DNA of 64,000 bases from Gammaproteobacteria bacterium (GTDB lineage Bacteria > Pseudomonadota > Gammaproteobacteria > Eutrophobiales > Eutrophobiaceae), in contig JAJFKM010000074.1 of the NCBI GenBank assembly GCA_021773215.1, positions 12,386 through 76,385 on the forward strand. The letters are read 5' to 3'. The translations under genes were made by a program, and so were the position numbers. Positions 49,578-59,302 of the stretch are shown one piece after another. Below the pieces are notes generated by a model that was given only the letters and a program-made list of their open reading frames with translations, searched no databases and was not told the origin of the DNA. The stretch's first letter is position 1; every line of letters begins with the position of its first letter.

Positions 49578-50573
49578 CTACTCTTCAGCTTCTGTCTTTG
49601 CAGCAGTTTTTTTGCTGACTTTCTTAGCTGTCTTTTTGGCAACCTTTTTCTTAGCAGCAGTTTTCTTTTTAGCTACCTTCTTTTCAGTCGCATCAGCATC
49701 ATTTGAATCAGTTTCTTCGACGGCATCGGCACTAACTTCATCGCTTTCAGCCTTCTTTGCTGCTTTTTTCTTAGCGGCCTTTTTAGCGACTTTAGGTTTA
49801 GCACTGGTGTCTTCACCTGATTCTACAGGAGCACCAGATTCATCAATTTCTATCAATTCATCGCTATTTTCAGAACCACCCAAATGCGCAACAGATTGAC
49901 GACTATCGAGAATAGCATCCGCTATACCCTTGGCATACAGCGATATAGAACGAATAGCGTCGTCATTCCCTGGGATAACATAATCAACACCTTTAAGGCT
50001 GTTGTTACTATCGACAACACCTACTACGGGTATGCCAAGCTTTACAGCTTCACTGACAGCAATGTTTTCGTAGCCCACATCAATAATAAATATTGCGTCT
50101 GGGATGCCTTTCATATCTTTAATTCCAGATAAATTGGCTTCCAGCTTTTCTAACTCGCGTCTCAGCATGAGTTGTTCTTTTTTGTTGATTCGTTCAAGAC
50201 GGCCATCCGTTTGCATCGCTTCGATTTCTTTCAGTCGATTAATCGAGCCACGTACAGTCTTGAAGTTAGTTAATAAACCGCCCAACCAACGGCGATTTAT
50301 ATAAGGCATACCGCAGCGTTTCGCTTCTTCAGCTACAATTGACTGAGCAGAACGTTTGGTGCCGACAAATAATATCGTACCCTTCTTTGAAGCCATTTTA
50401 CTGACGTAATTGACAGCTTCTTCGTATAAAGGAAGCGTTTTTTCGAGATTGATAATATGGATTTTATTGCGTTGACCAAATAAATATGGTGCCATACTGG
50501 GGTTCCAGTATCGAGTTTGGTGGCCAAAATGAACACCAGCCTCCAGCATTTCACGCATGGTGACGTTAGACAT
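49578..50573 (-). CDS. rpsB: 30S ribosomal protein S2 with ~95-aa Lys/Ala/Glu-rich C-terminal extension
   Basis: The N-terminal ~235 aa is canonical S2 ([20 protein letters not shown]...). The tail is [20 protein letters not shown]...[34 protein letters not shown]. Confidence 0.9.
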   Translation of the reverse strand: MSNVTMREMLEAGVHFGHQTRYWNPSMAPYLFGQRNKIHIINLEKTLPLYEEAVNYVSKMASKKGTILFVGTKRSAQSIVAEEAKRCGMPYINRRWLGGLLTNFKTVRGSINRLKEIEAMQTDGRLERINKKEQLMLRRELEKLEANLSGIKDMKGIPDAIFIIDVGYENIAVSEAVKLGIPVVGVVDSNNSLKGVDYVIPGNDDAIRSISLYAKGIADAILDSRQSVAHLGGSENSDELIEIDESGAPVESGEDTSAKPKVAKKAAKKKAAKKAESDEVSADAVEETDSNDADATEKKVAKKKTAAKKKVAKKTAKKVSKKTAAKTEAEE

Positions 50574-50724
50574 GTTAAATTCTCCTGTTTAGGGTTAAGC
50601 CTCCGCATTCCCCATATACCAACCTGCCAAAATTTATTTCTGACAGGCACCCTATATATGGTTGAAGCATGCGTGTGACGGTTAATTAATGTATTTGCGA
50701 AAATCGCGGACGCTTTATACCATA
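50574..50724 (-). promoter_or_regulatory. rpsB extended -10 promoter and long 5' leader
   Basis: The minus strand reads TATGGTATAAAGCG at 50724-50711. Its core TGgTATAAA is identical to the extended -10 I recall for E. coli rpsB (TGTGGTATAAA). That leaves a leader of about 130 nt before the ATG at 50573. Confidence 0.55.
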
Positions 50725-50774
50725 GAACATATACAACAACAATTACCAAAGCCCATAAATGGACTACTGAATCT

Positions 50775-51542
50775 ATGACTGCAACCATTAAAACTGCCGA
50801 TGAAATTGAAAAAATGCGCATGGCGGGTCGACTCGCTGCTGAAGTGCTGGAGATGATTGGCCCCAAAGTACAAAGTGGCGTGACCACGGAAGAACTTGAC
50901 CGAATTTGCCACGATTATATCGTAAATGAACAACAGGCTATTCCAGCGCCTCTGAATTACCATGGATTCCCGAAATCAATTTGCACCTCCGTTAACCATG
51001 TCGTTTGCCATGGGATACCGGGCGACAAAAAACTCAAAAACGGCGATATCATCAATATCGACATTACTGTTATCAAAGATGGTTATCATGGTGACACTAG
51101 TAAGATGTTTTTTGTTGGAGAACCATCTATCCGCGCAAAACGTTTGGTTGACGTCACTTATGAATGTATGAAAAAAGGTATTCAGTTAGTTCGTGCTGGC
51201 GTTTGTCTAGGGGATATCGGCCATGCAATACAAACCATCGCAGAACAAAATAATTGTTCGGTGGTTCGAGAGTATTGCGGCCACGGCATTGGCAAGGAAT
51301 TTCATGAAGCCCCGCAAATTGTACATTATGGCAAACCCAATACCGGTTTCAAACTAGAAGCTGGCATGACCATTACTATTGAACCAATGATCAATTTAGG
51401 CAAACGTGAAGTCAAATTGCTGTCTGACGACTGGACGGTAGTGACTCGGGATCGAAGTTTGTCAGCGCAATGGGAGCATACGATTCTTGTCACTGACGAT
51501 GGCTATGAAGTCTTGACTATTCGTCCCGATGAGGAATATTAA
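50775..51542 (+). CDS. map: Type I methionine aminopeptidase
   Basis: VCHGIP, DITVIKDGYHGD, GHGIG and TIEP metal-ligand motifs. Confidence 0.95.
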   Translation: MTATIKTADEIEKMRMAGRLAAEVLEMIGPKVQSGVTTEELDRICHDYIVNEQQAIPAPLNYHGFPKSICTSVNHVVCHGIPGDKKLKNGDIINIDITVIKDGYHGDTSKMFFVGEPSIRAKRLVDVTYECMKKGIQLVRAGVCLGDIGHAIQTIAEQNNCSVVREYCGHGIGKEFHEAPQIVHYGKPNTGFKLEAGMTITIEPMINLGKREVKLLSDDWTVVTRDRSLSAQWEHTILVTDDGYEVLTIRPDEEY

Positions 51543-51548
51543 TCCATA

Positions 51549-54194
51549 ATGTGTAATATTATTGCGGATGACTTTTTGTTTGATGAAGCACTTTTTCAAA
51601 GAGAATTGAAACAACAAGATCAACCATTAGCCACATTTAAATCATCGCTGAAGAACGGCTACGATTACCTTTCCGAGGAATTCAAATCTGGCGAGAACAT
51701 TGAACTTATTGTCAAAAAACAAGGTTGGTTCATTGACCAATTACTGGTTATTGCCTGGCGACAATTTGTAACTTCTGATGACTTCACCTTGGTTGCTGTA
51801 GGCGGCTACGGTCGTTCTGAACTATTACTTGCATCAGACATTGATCTCATGATCCTTGAAAAGCGATGGGCAAATAAAAATAATAAACAACAAGTGTCAT
51901 CATTTCTTACTTTTTTATGGGACTTCGGGCTTGAAGTTGGACACAGCGTCAGAACTGTAAATGAATGTCAGTATGAAGCTAAAAATGATATTACGATTAT
52001 GACTAATATCATGGAATCCAGATTGCTTTGTGGGAATGAGAAACTTTATGAAAAAATGCGTAAAGCAACTAGTCCTAAAAAAATCTGGCCAACACGAAAA
52101 TATTTTGAAGCCAAGCTAATAGAACAAAAAGCGCGACATGAAAAATATAATGACTCTGCAAGTAAACTCGAACCGAACGTAAAAGAATCACCTGGTGGAT
52201 TAAGAGATATCCAGATGATCAGTTGGGTTGCCAAACGCCATTTTGACAATATCGACTTGAACAGTCTTGTGAAACATAAATTCCTCACCAAGGAAGAGTA
52301 TAGCCTGCTCGAATCAGGACGAAATTTACTCTGGCGCGTTCGCTTTGCCTTACATATAACAACAAATCGCCGGGAAGATCGGTTGTTATTTGAATATCAA
52401 AGACCTGTAGCAGAATTGATGGGATTCTCCAGTAAAGACAATAAAGGTATCGAAGAATTCATGAAAATGTATTTCAAATCGATACGGGAAATAATCCGTT
52501 TGAATGAAATGTTACTACAACATTTTCAAGAAGAAATAATCTACAAAAAACGCAAAGAAAAAATTATCCCAATCAATAGTCGTTTCCAGAAAAGAAACGA
52601 CTACATAGAAGTAGTCAATAAAAATATTTTTAAACGCTATCCATTTGCCCTGTTCGAAATTTTTCTGCTCTGTCAGCAAGATCTAACAACAAAAGGTGTA
52701 CGTGCCAGTACAATACGACTTATCAGAAACAATCTGCATTTGATAGATGATGATTTTCGAAATGATATCCGAAATAAAAGCCTGTTTATAGAAATAATAA
52801 AACAACCAAACATGGTCGGGCACAAACTTAGAATGATGCATCGCTATGGCGTTTTAGGTGCATACATGCCTACTTTTGCAGCCATTGAAGGACAGATGCA
52901 ATTTGATTTATTTCACATTTTTACGGTTGACGAACATATTTTAACAGTCATTCAAAACCTTAGGCTGTTTGGAACAGATGAATACAAAGAAAAATTTCCA
53001 ATTTGTAACGGTATCACCAAGAAACTACCAAAACTGGAGCTACTTTATCTTGCTGGTTTATTTCATGATATTGCAAAGGGTCGTGGTGGAGACCATGCCA
53101 AATTGGGCATTAAAGATGCTCTTACCTTTTGTAAGATGCATGAATTGAGTGATTACGACTCAAAACTTGTTGCCTGGCTAGTAGAGAAACATTTATTGAT
53201 AAGCAAAACTGCGCAACGCGAAGACATTGATGATCCAGAAGTTATAAAGAAATTTGCCAATGAAGTCCGTGATCAGAATCACTTAGATTATCTGCATATC
53301 CTTACTGTGGCAGACATATGTGGCACCAACCCGGAACTTTGGAACAGCTGGAAATCGACACAATTAACAAACCTTTATCAACGCACCTTATATGAATTAA
53401 GACGTGGCAATGAAAAGCCCATACTGAAAAAAGAGCGTATTAAAGATACAAAACAAGAATCACTAGCATTAATTGCTAATAAAGACATGCTTGAACAAAG
53501 CATCCTTAGTCTTTGGAAAACCGTTGACGAAGATTATTTTCTTAGACATAACACCGATGAAGTTGCCTGGCATACAGAAGGGATTCTCAAGCATAAAAAT
53601 AAATCAGACCCATTAGTTTTGGTTATGAAAAAGTCTAGCCGTGGTGGGAGCCTTATTTTTGTCTACATGCAAGATAGAAAAAATATTTTCGCTACAGCAA
53701 CCAGAGCAATTGAAAAATTGGGACTTACTGTTGTTGATGCAAAAATCATTACTAATCGAAAAGATTTCACATTAGATACATTTGTCGTTTTAGAAAATGA
53801 TGGTGCGCTGATTAAAAACAATGATCGAAGCAATGAAGTAAAAAGCCGGATACTAAAAGAACTAAAATCTACGTCAAATAAAATGGGACAAGGTGATTGG
53901 CTCGAAAAAAGACAATTAAAAAGTTTCAACATACCGACACATATTACCTTCGAATCGGATGAAAAGAATAATCGAACCATCATGGAAGTCAGCACTATTG
54001 ACCGACCCGGGGTGCTGTCGCGTATAGGAATGGCAATGGATATGTGCGGCGCTAAGTTACAAAATGCAAAAATTGCAACCTATGGTGAGCGTGCTGAAGA
54101 TATTTTTTATTTACAAAATGACGAAAACAAAATGATCGATGATCCATTGAAATTTGAATGTTTGAAGAGTTCAATTATTGATGCGCTATCCTGA
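51549..54194 (+). CDS. glnD: [Protein-PII] uridylyltransferase/uridylyl-removing enzyme
   Basis: 881 aa with nucleotidyltransferase GGYGRSELLLASDIDL, an HD domain (LFHDIAKG) and two C-terminal ACT domains. Confidence 0.9.
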   Translation: MCNIIADDFLFDEALFQRELKQQDQPLATFKSSLKNGYDYLSEEFKSGENIELIVKKQGWFIDQLLVIAWRQFVTSDDFTLVAVGGYGRSELLLASDIDLMILEKRWANKNNKQQVSSFLTFLWDFGLEVGHSVRTVNECQYEAKNDITIMTNIMESRLLCGNEKLYEKMRKATSPKKIWPTRKYFEAKLIEQKARHEKYNDSASKLEPNVKESPGGLRDIQMISWVAKRHFDNIDLNSLVKHKFLTKEEYSLLESGRNLLWRVRFALHITTNRREDRLLFEYQRPVAELMGFSSKDNKGIEEFMKMYFKSIREIIRLNEMLLQHFQEEIIYKKRKEKIIPINSRFQKRNDYIEVVNKNIFKRYPFALFEIFLLCQQDLTTKGVRASTIRLIRNNLHLIDDDFRNDIRNKSLFIEIIKQPNMVGHKLRMMHRYGVLGAYMPTFAAIEGQMQFDLFHIFTVDEHILTVIQNLRLFGTDEYKEKFPICNGITKKLPKLELLYLAGLFHDIAKGRGGDHAKLGIKDALTFCKMHELSDYDSKLVAWLVEKHLLISKTAQREDIDDPEVIKKFANEVRDQNHLDYLHILTVADICGTNPELWNSWKSTQLTNLYQRTLYELRRGNEKPILKKERIKDTKQESLALIANKDMLEQSILSLWKTVDEDYFLRHNTDEVAWHTEGILKHKNKSDPLVLVMKKSSRGGSLIFVYMQDRKNIFATATRAIEKLGLTVVDAKIITNRKDFTLDTFVVLENDGALIKNNDRSNEVKSRILKELKSTSNKMGQGDWLEKRQLKSFNIPTHITFESDEKNNRTIMEVSTIDRPGVLSRIGMAMDMCGAKLQNAKIATYGERAEDIFYLQNDENKMIDDPLKFECLKSSIIDALS

Positions 54195-54218
54195 TACTTA
54201 TTTGTGTAATTTTATTCT

Positions 54219-54887
54219 ATGAGTATCGCACCTCCGCTTACCAGGCAAGAGTTAATAGGACGTGCTGAGAGTATAGCGGGGCTGACAATACAACAACTCG
54301 CAAATATGATGGGAAAGAGCGTTCCGCAATCGTCGACTCATGCAAAAGGCTGGTTTGGAAACTTATTAGAACTCTCACTTGGCGCAAATGCCGCTAGTGC
54401 TCCAGAACCCGATTTTATGAATTTAGGGATCGAATTAAAATCAATCCCTATTGGTGATAATGGAAAACCAAAAGAATCAACTTACATTTGTGTTACACAA
54501 CTCGACCCAGTTGCCTTATCTTCCTGGGAGTCATCGCTGGTAAAATGTAAGTTGACTGAAGTATTGTGGATACCATTTGAAGCAAGTAAGAGCGCCCCTG
54601 TTCCATTGAGACGTATAGGGTCACCTGTATTATGGCAACCAAGTACAACACAAGAAAAACAGTTGAAAGATGATTGGCAAGAACTCTGTGACATGATCGT
54701 ATTAGGTAACATAGATAAGATCAGTTCCTCTATGGGAAAATATTTACAAATTCGACCCAAAGCAGCTCATTCCAAAAGCTTAACTAAAGATAAGAACCAA
54801 TCGGGGGAGAATAAATTAACGCTACCCCGTGGATTTTATTTACGTCCATCATTCACGCATTCAATTATTTCTAACAATAAGCATTAA
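54219..54887 (+). CDS. mutH: DNA mismatch repair endonuclease MutH
   Basis: AKGWFGNLLE..., EPDF..LGIELKSIP and ...ESTYICV match the MutH catalytic D..E.K core. Confidence 0.85.
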   Translation: MSIAPPLTRQELIGRAESIAGLTIQQLANMMGKSVPQSSTHAKGWFGNLLELSLGANAASAPEPDFMNLGIELKSIPIGDNGKPKESTYICVTQLDPVALSSWESSLVKCKLTEVLWIPFEASKSAPVPLRRIGSPVLWQPSTTQEKQLKDDWQELCDMIVLGNIDKISSSMGKYLQIRPKAAHSKSLTKDKNQSGENKLTLPRGFYLRPSFTHSIISNNKH

Positions 54888-54897
54888 TTAGATTGTC

Positions 54898-55884
54898 ATG
54901 CACTCAAGAAAAATTGATAGACGATTGAGTATCGCACCAATGATGGACCATACCGATAAACACTTTCGGTATTTTATGCGCCTGTTATCAAAACATGCTG
55001 TGCTCTATACGGAGATGATAACTACCGGTGCATTAATCCATGGCGACCGTAAACGATTTCTTGATTTCAACGAAATAGAACATCCCTTAGCTATTCAATT
55101 GGGTGGGAATAATCCGGTTGATCTTGCTGAATGCGCGCATATTGCCGAAAACGAAGGTTATGACGAAGTTAATTTAAACATTGGCTGCCCTAGTGACCGT
55201 GTGCAAAATGGTCAATTTGGTGCTTGCTTGATGTCAAATACAGAACTCGTAAGTGAATGCGTAAACAAGATTCAATCTACCGTGAAAATTCCCGTCACAG
55301 TAAAGACAAGGATTGGCATAGATGAACAAGACTCATATGAATTTCTTGAGAAATTTATCAGGTCTGTCAGTAAAGCAGGTTGTAATACATTTATAATTCA
55401 TGCGAGAAAAGCCATCTTAAGTGGTTTAAGTCCCAAACAAAACAGAGAAATCCCTCCACTGAACTATGAACGTGTGCATAAAATAAAACAGCAGTTTCCA
55501 ACATTAAATATAACTATAAATGGTGGCTTTACCGAATTATCACAAATAAAATCACAATTAGAACATGTCGATGGTGTCATGGTTGGGCGAGCTGCTTATC
55601 AAAACCCCTTCATATTAGTTGAAGCAGACAAACTCCTTTATGAGGATGACTCACCATTATCATCTCGAGAAGAAATACTGGATAAATTCAAAGATTACGC
55701 TGTTGAACAAATCGACCGTGGATTCAATATTAAAAGCCTGACCCGTCATATCATCGGCCTGTACCAAGGCCAGCCGGGCGCACGTCAGTATCGCCGTAGT
55801 CTTTCAGACGCCATCCCTAATAATGTGAATCCTATTCAATTTCTCGAACAAGTCATACAGTCGAGACCTAGATCGCCTTCTTAA
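54898..55884 (+). CDS. dusA: tRNA-dihydrouridine(20/20a) synthase
   Basis: LSIAPMMDHTDKHFRYFMRLLS, NLNIGCPSDRVQ and VKTRIG. Confidence 0.9.
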   Translation: MHSRKIDRRLSIAPMMDHTDKHFRYFMRLLSKHAVLYTEMITTGALIHGDRKRFLDFNEIEHPLAIQLGGNNPVDLAECAHIAENEGYDEVNLNIGCPSDRVQNGQFGACLMSNTELVSECVNKIQSTVKIPVTVKTRIGIDEQDSYEFLEKFIRSVSKAGCNTFIIHARKAILSGLSPKQNREIPPLNYERVHKIKQQFPTLNITINGGFTELSQIKSQLEHVDGVMVGRAAYQNPFILVEADKLLYEDDSPLSSREEILDKFKDYAVEQIDRGFNIKSLTRHIIGLYQGQPGARQYRRSLSDAIPNNVNPIQFLEQVIQSRPRSPS

Positions 55885-55989
55885 TTTAAACAATGGAGAA
55901 CTAATATCGGGTTGGCTGACTCATAGTTTTATGGGAACATGTCGTCGCTTCCCACCATTACAAAATATTTAATCTAAATTGAGGTCTTT

Positions 55990-56664
55990 ATGAAAATATT
56001 CAAATCTGCTTTTGTTCTAATTTTAAGTTTTACTTTTTTAAATGCATATGCAGCAAAAGTAGAAACGGACTTAGAGAAGATCAGCTACACGTTGGGTGTA
56101 GTCTTTGGGGAAAACGTCAACCGTCAAGGGATGGAACTGGATACGCCTGCTTTTTTACAAGCTATTGAAGATGTTCTAACAAGTTCAGAACTAAAAATAA
56201 GTAAAGATGATATGCAAGTTATCATGCAAGAATTTCAGAAAGAGGAACAAGATAGAAAAAATAATCAGGCATCTACAAACAAGGCCAATGGTGAAAAATT
56301 CTTAGCTGAAAACAAAACAAAAGAAGGCGTTACAGAAACAGCTAGTGGGTTGCAATACAAAGTTATTACCGCAGGCACAGGCAAAAAGCCTTCAAGCAGC
56401 AGTAAGGTGCTTGTTCATTATCGTGGCACACTCATTGATGGTTCTGAATTTGACAGTTCCTATGCACGTGGAGAACCTGTCGAACTTGCTGCTAATCAGG
56501 TTATAAAAGGCTGGCAAGAAACATTGCCATTAATGACCACAGGCTCTAAATGGCAAATCGTCGTGCCTTCAGATTTAGCATACGGTCAACGTGGTGCTGG
56601 TGGTGCAATTGGCCCTAACGCCACCTTATTGTTTGATATCGAGCTTATTGAAATAATTAAGTAA
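55990..56664 (+). CDS. FKBP-type peptidyl-prolyl isomerase (FkpA/Mip-like, secreted)
   Basis: It has a signal peptide, an N-terminal dimerisation helix region and the FKBP core VHYRGTLIDGSEFDSS...GWQE...LAYG...IGPNATLLFDIELI. Confidence 0.85.
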   Translation: MKIFKSAFVLILSFTFLNAYAAKVETDLEKISYTLGVVFGENVNRQGMELDTPAFLQAIEDVLTSSELKISKDDMQVIMQEFQKEEQDRKNNQASTNKANGEKFLAENKTKEGVTETASGLQYKVITAGTGKKPSSSSKVLVHYRGTLIDGSEFDSSYARGEPVELAANQVIKGWQETLPLMTTGSKWQIVVPSDLAYGQRGAGGAIGPNATLLFDIELIEIIK

Positions 56665-56669
56665 TCGAA

Positions 56670-58586
56670 TTAATTAAGTTTTCTCAGTGCTAATAAGGTG
56701 ACGTCATCACTTAATTTATTAGCCTGATATGCTTTTACAGTTGCCAATGCAGAATCACAGAGTTCTAAAAGACTCATTTCTGCATTGGCAGATAATAATG
56801 TTTCAAAGTGCCGCTCTCCAAAAAACTCGCCATCTGGAATACGTGCTTCTAAAATTCCATCGGTATATAAAACAATCGTTTCATCTTTCTTAAGCTTTAT
56901 AGTTTCCTCCCCAAACTCCGCATCTTCCAACATACCCACTATCGTCCCTGTTGGTCCACCAAATTGCGTTACTAAACCATCTTTATTAATTATATACGGT
57001 GCAACATGCCCGCCATTGGCATAACACAGATCTCCACTGCTTATATTATATTCAGCAACAAATACCGTAACGAACATCGGTTGTTCTCGATCATGTATCA
57101 TGAGTTCATTCAATTCGGTCAGTATTTGAGCGGGGCTATGGCCTTTGGCCGCAAGATTTCTAATATGTGTACGACTGACCGCCATTAAAAGCGCAGGACC
57201 TACGCCCTTCCCCGATACATCTGCTATAACGATAAATAAACGGCATGAATCCAACAGGAAGAAATCAAAAAAATCGCCAGCCACATGACTTGCAGCATGA
57301 CTGAGACCATGCAAATCAAATTCATCATAGTCGGGAAATGCCGGGAACTTGTTAGGAATTAACGTTGATTGAATACTCCGTGCGATGGTTAATTCGTTTT
57401 CAACATTAGCGCGCGTGGCATATTGTTTATTTAATTCGACAACATACTGTCTAAGCTGAAGCGTCATGTTATTGAATGCTTGACTCAACTGCCCTATTTC
57501 GTCTTTCGTAGTTATAGCTGTAATACTTGTAGTCAGATCACCATCGGCTAACTGTTGTACCGCATCAGTTAATATTTTAAGAGGACGAGTTAAACTATTT
57601 GAAACTACCAACACACAAATTATCGCGAGAACTAATATAATACTGATTCCAAACACAGCCCGTTGAGTTTGCATCTTTGCGAAAGCTAATACCTCTCGTT
57701 CTGGCAGCCCAGTTTCAAAACCCCACCCGGTGGATTTAATTGGCGCATAAAAAAGCCAGTAGGGCTCATCAATGTCGGTAGATAATTTCTCAACTCTTAC
57801 CTGTCCACTTTTACCTTCACGTACTTCTTTATTCAATAAAACTAAACCAGGATCATTAATCTCTCGAGAAACATCTTGCAAAGTTTTAGTCATTATTAAA
57901 CTAGGATTTGGATGCGTAATAAATCGTCCCTTCTTACTAGTAATAACGAAGGCATTATCCGTTAACGTTTCTAGGCCTGAATGCTTTTGTAGTTTGGTTA
58001 AATCAATGTCGATAAAACTGACACCCGCAAATTTATCTTCAAGGTGAAACGGTAGTGCAACGGTCGCTATTATATTTTTTCCTAATGCTTCAGCAATGTA
58101 AGGTTCAGACCAATTAGCTGCATCAGCGATTTTTGTTTCCAAATACCAGTACTCTTTTTTTAAATGCTTAGATTCATTTATTACAAGAGGGCTGACTTCT
58201 CCGTCGTTAGTCTTGTAAAAATAAATTGATGATTTTTCATCAATATCCTTTTCAAAGATGACCCCAACACCATAAATTTGTGTCTTACTTAAAAGCGTAT
58301 TTTTCAAGACTGACAAGAGTAGATCTTCACTCAAACTAGCATTATTTTCTAACATGCCCGCATTCACACTTGCCAGACTGGCTATTGCATTAAATTCAGA
58401 TTCAAGAATCGCCGCATAATTCTTCGCTTGAATAATGACATTCTTAGACAATTGCTCTTCTGTAGACGTCGATATTTTTGAAATCGTTATAAACACACCT
58501 ACAATAAAAAAAAATATGATGGGAATAACAATAAAAAGAATAAGCTTGACCCGAATTGATGTGTACAGATTTGATGTTAGAGACAT
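56670..58586 (-). CDS. Cache-HAMP-PP2C (SpoIIE/RsbU-type) membrane protein phosphatase
   Basis: N-terminal TM, periplasmic Cache-like region, second TM, then HAMP (LTRPLKILTDAVQQLADGDL). The PP2C core is AGDFFDFF...IADVSGKGVGPALLM...YTDGILEA. Confidence 0.85.
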   Translation of the reverse strand: MSLTSNLYTSIRVKLILFIVIPIIFFFIVGVFITISKISTSTEEQLSKNVIIQAKNYAAILESEFNAIASLASVNAGMLENNASLSEDLLLSVLKNTLLSKTQIYGVGVIFEKDIDEKSSIYFYKTNDGEVSPLVINESKHLKKEYWYLETKIADAANWSEPYIAEALGKNIIATVALPFHLEDKFAGVSFIDIDLTKLQKHSGLETLTDNAFVITSKKGRFITHPNPSLIMTKTLQDVSREINDPGLVLLNKEVREGKSGQVRVEKLSTDIDEPYWLFYAPIKSTGWGFETGLPEREVLAFAKMQTQRAVFGISIILVLAIICVLVVSNSLTRPLKILTDAVQQLADGDLTTSITAITTKDEIGQLSQAFNNMTLQLRQYVVELNKQYATRANVENELTIARSIQSTLIPNKFPAFPDYDEFDLHGLSHAASHVAGDFFDFFLLDSCRLFIVIADVSGKGVGPALLMAVSRTHIRNLAAKGHSPAQILTELNELMIHDREQPMFVTVFVAEYNISSGDLCYANGGHVAPYIINKDGLVTQFGGPTGTIVGMLEDAEFGEETIKLKKDETIVLYTDGILEARIPDGEFFGERHFETLLSANAEMSLLELCDSALATVKAYQANKLSDDVTLLALRKLN

Positions 58587-58681
58587 TATAAAAATGATGG
58601 TTATTCTATGTTTATGAACGGTTTTATATGTTATTTTTAACTTTATTAGAACGAAATAATAGCGTTATACTCTACATCCCT

Positions 58682-59146
58682 ATGAAAATGTCCATTAAAT
58701 CCAGCTTACACAAGCTGATTACCGCTCTGTTATGCGCTTTCGCTTTCAGCGGAATCGCTATTGCCAATGCAGAATCAGAGAGCTTATTTAATAGCGGCTT
58801 GGCTCATTTTGAAGACGAAAAATACAGTGAAGCCATAAAAAAACTTAAGGTTGCTGTCGAAATAGATCCCAAAGTCGCTGAATACCATCATATTTTAGCA
58901 AAAAGCTATGGTCGTGAAGCGGAAAGAACCAACTGGTTCAAAGCCATCAGCTATGCAAAGAAAACGCTGGTTCATCTTGAAATTGCAGCAGAGTTAGATA
59001 GCCAAAACATTGATATCCTTGACGATCTAATGGACTACTACCGAGAAGCACCTGGATTTTTAGGCGGTGATTCAGAAAAAGCCACTAAAGTTGAAGAATT
59101 AATCACTAAAATCAGTACTAGCGAAGATTTGGCCAGATTTGAATAA
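58682..59146 (+). CDS. Secreted TPR-like small protein
   Basis: The signal peptide MKMSIKSSLHKLITALLCAFAFSGIAIANA begins at the ATG at 58682. A TPR-like helix pair is present (FEDEKYSEAIKKLKVAVEIDPKVAEYHHILAKSYG). Confidence 0.6.
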   Translation: MKMSIKSSLHKLITALLCAFAFSGIAIANAESESLFNSGLAHFEDEKYSEAIKKLKVAVEIDPKVAEYHHILAKSYGREAERTNWFKAISYAKKTLVHLEIAAELDSQNIDILDDLMDYYREAPGFLGGDSEKATKVEELITKISTSEDLARFE

Positions 59147-59302
59147 TTATTGCATGCCCATATGGACATGAGATATCAATTATTGAAAGTTCATACTGTT
59201 TATAAGTTAATAGTTATATTAGATTGCACTTATACTAGTATTAACAGTCATTAGTAGATAAATAGCTATCTCCATTAATAGACAAACCGAGTATTACTTA
59301 TC

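Noticed and set aside
49558-49899. A 113-aa plus-strand ORF rich in F/L/A/S opposite the 3' end of rpsB.
   Set aside because: It is the mirror image of the Lys/Ala/Glu repeat tail of S2. It has no start context and is a low-complexity antisense artefact.
50333-50963. Two minus-strand ORFs (50333-50887 and 50715-50963) spanning the rpsB 5' end, the spacer and the map 5' end.
   Set aside because: They overlap two highly conserved genes and the promoter region in other frames, and they show no recognisable protein features.
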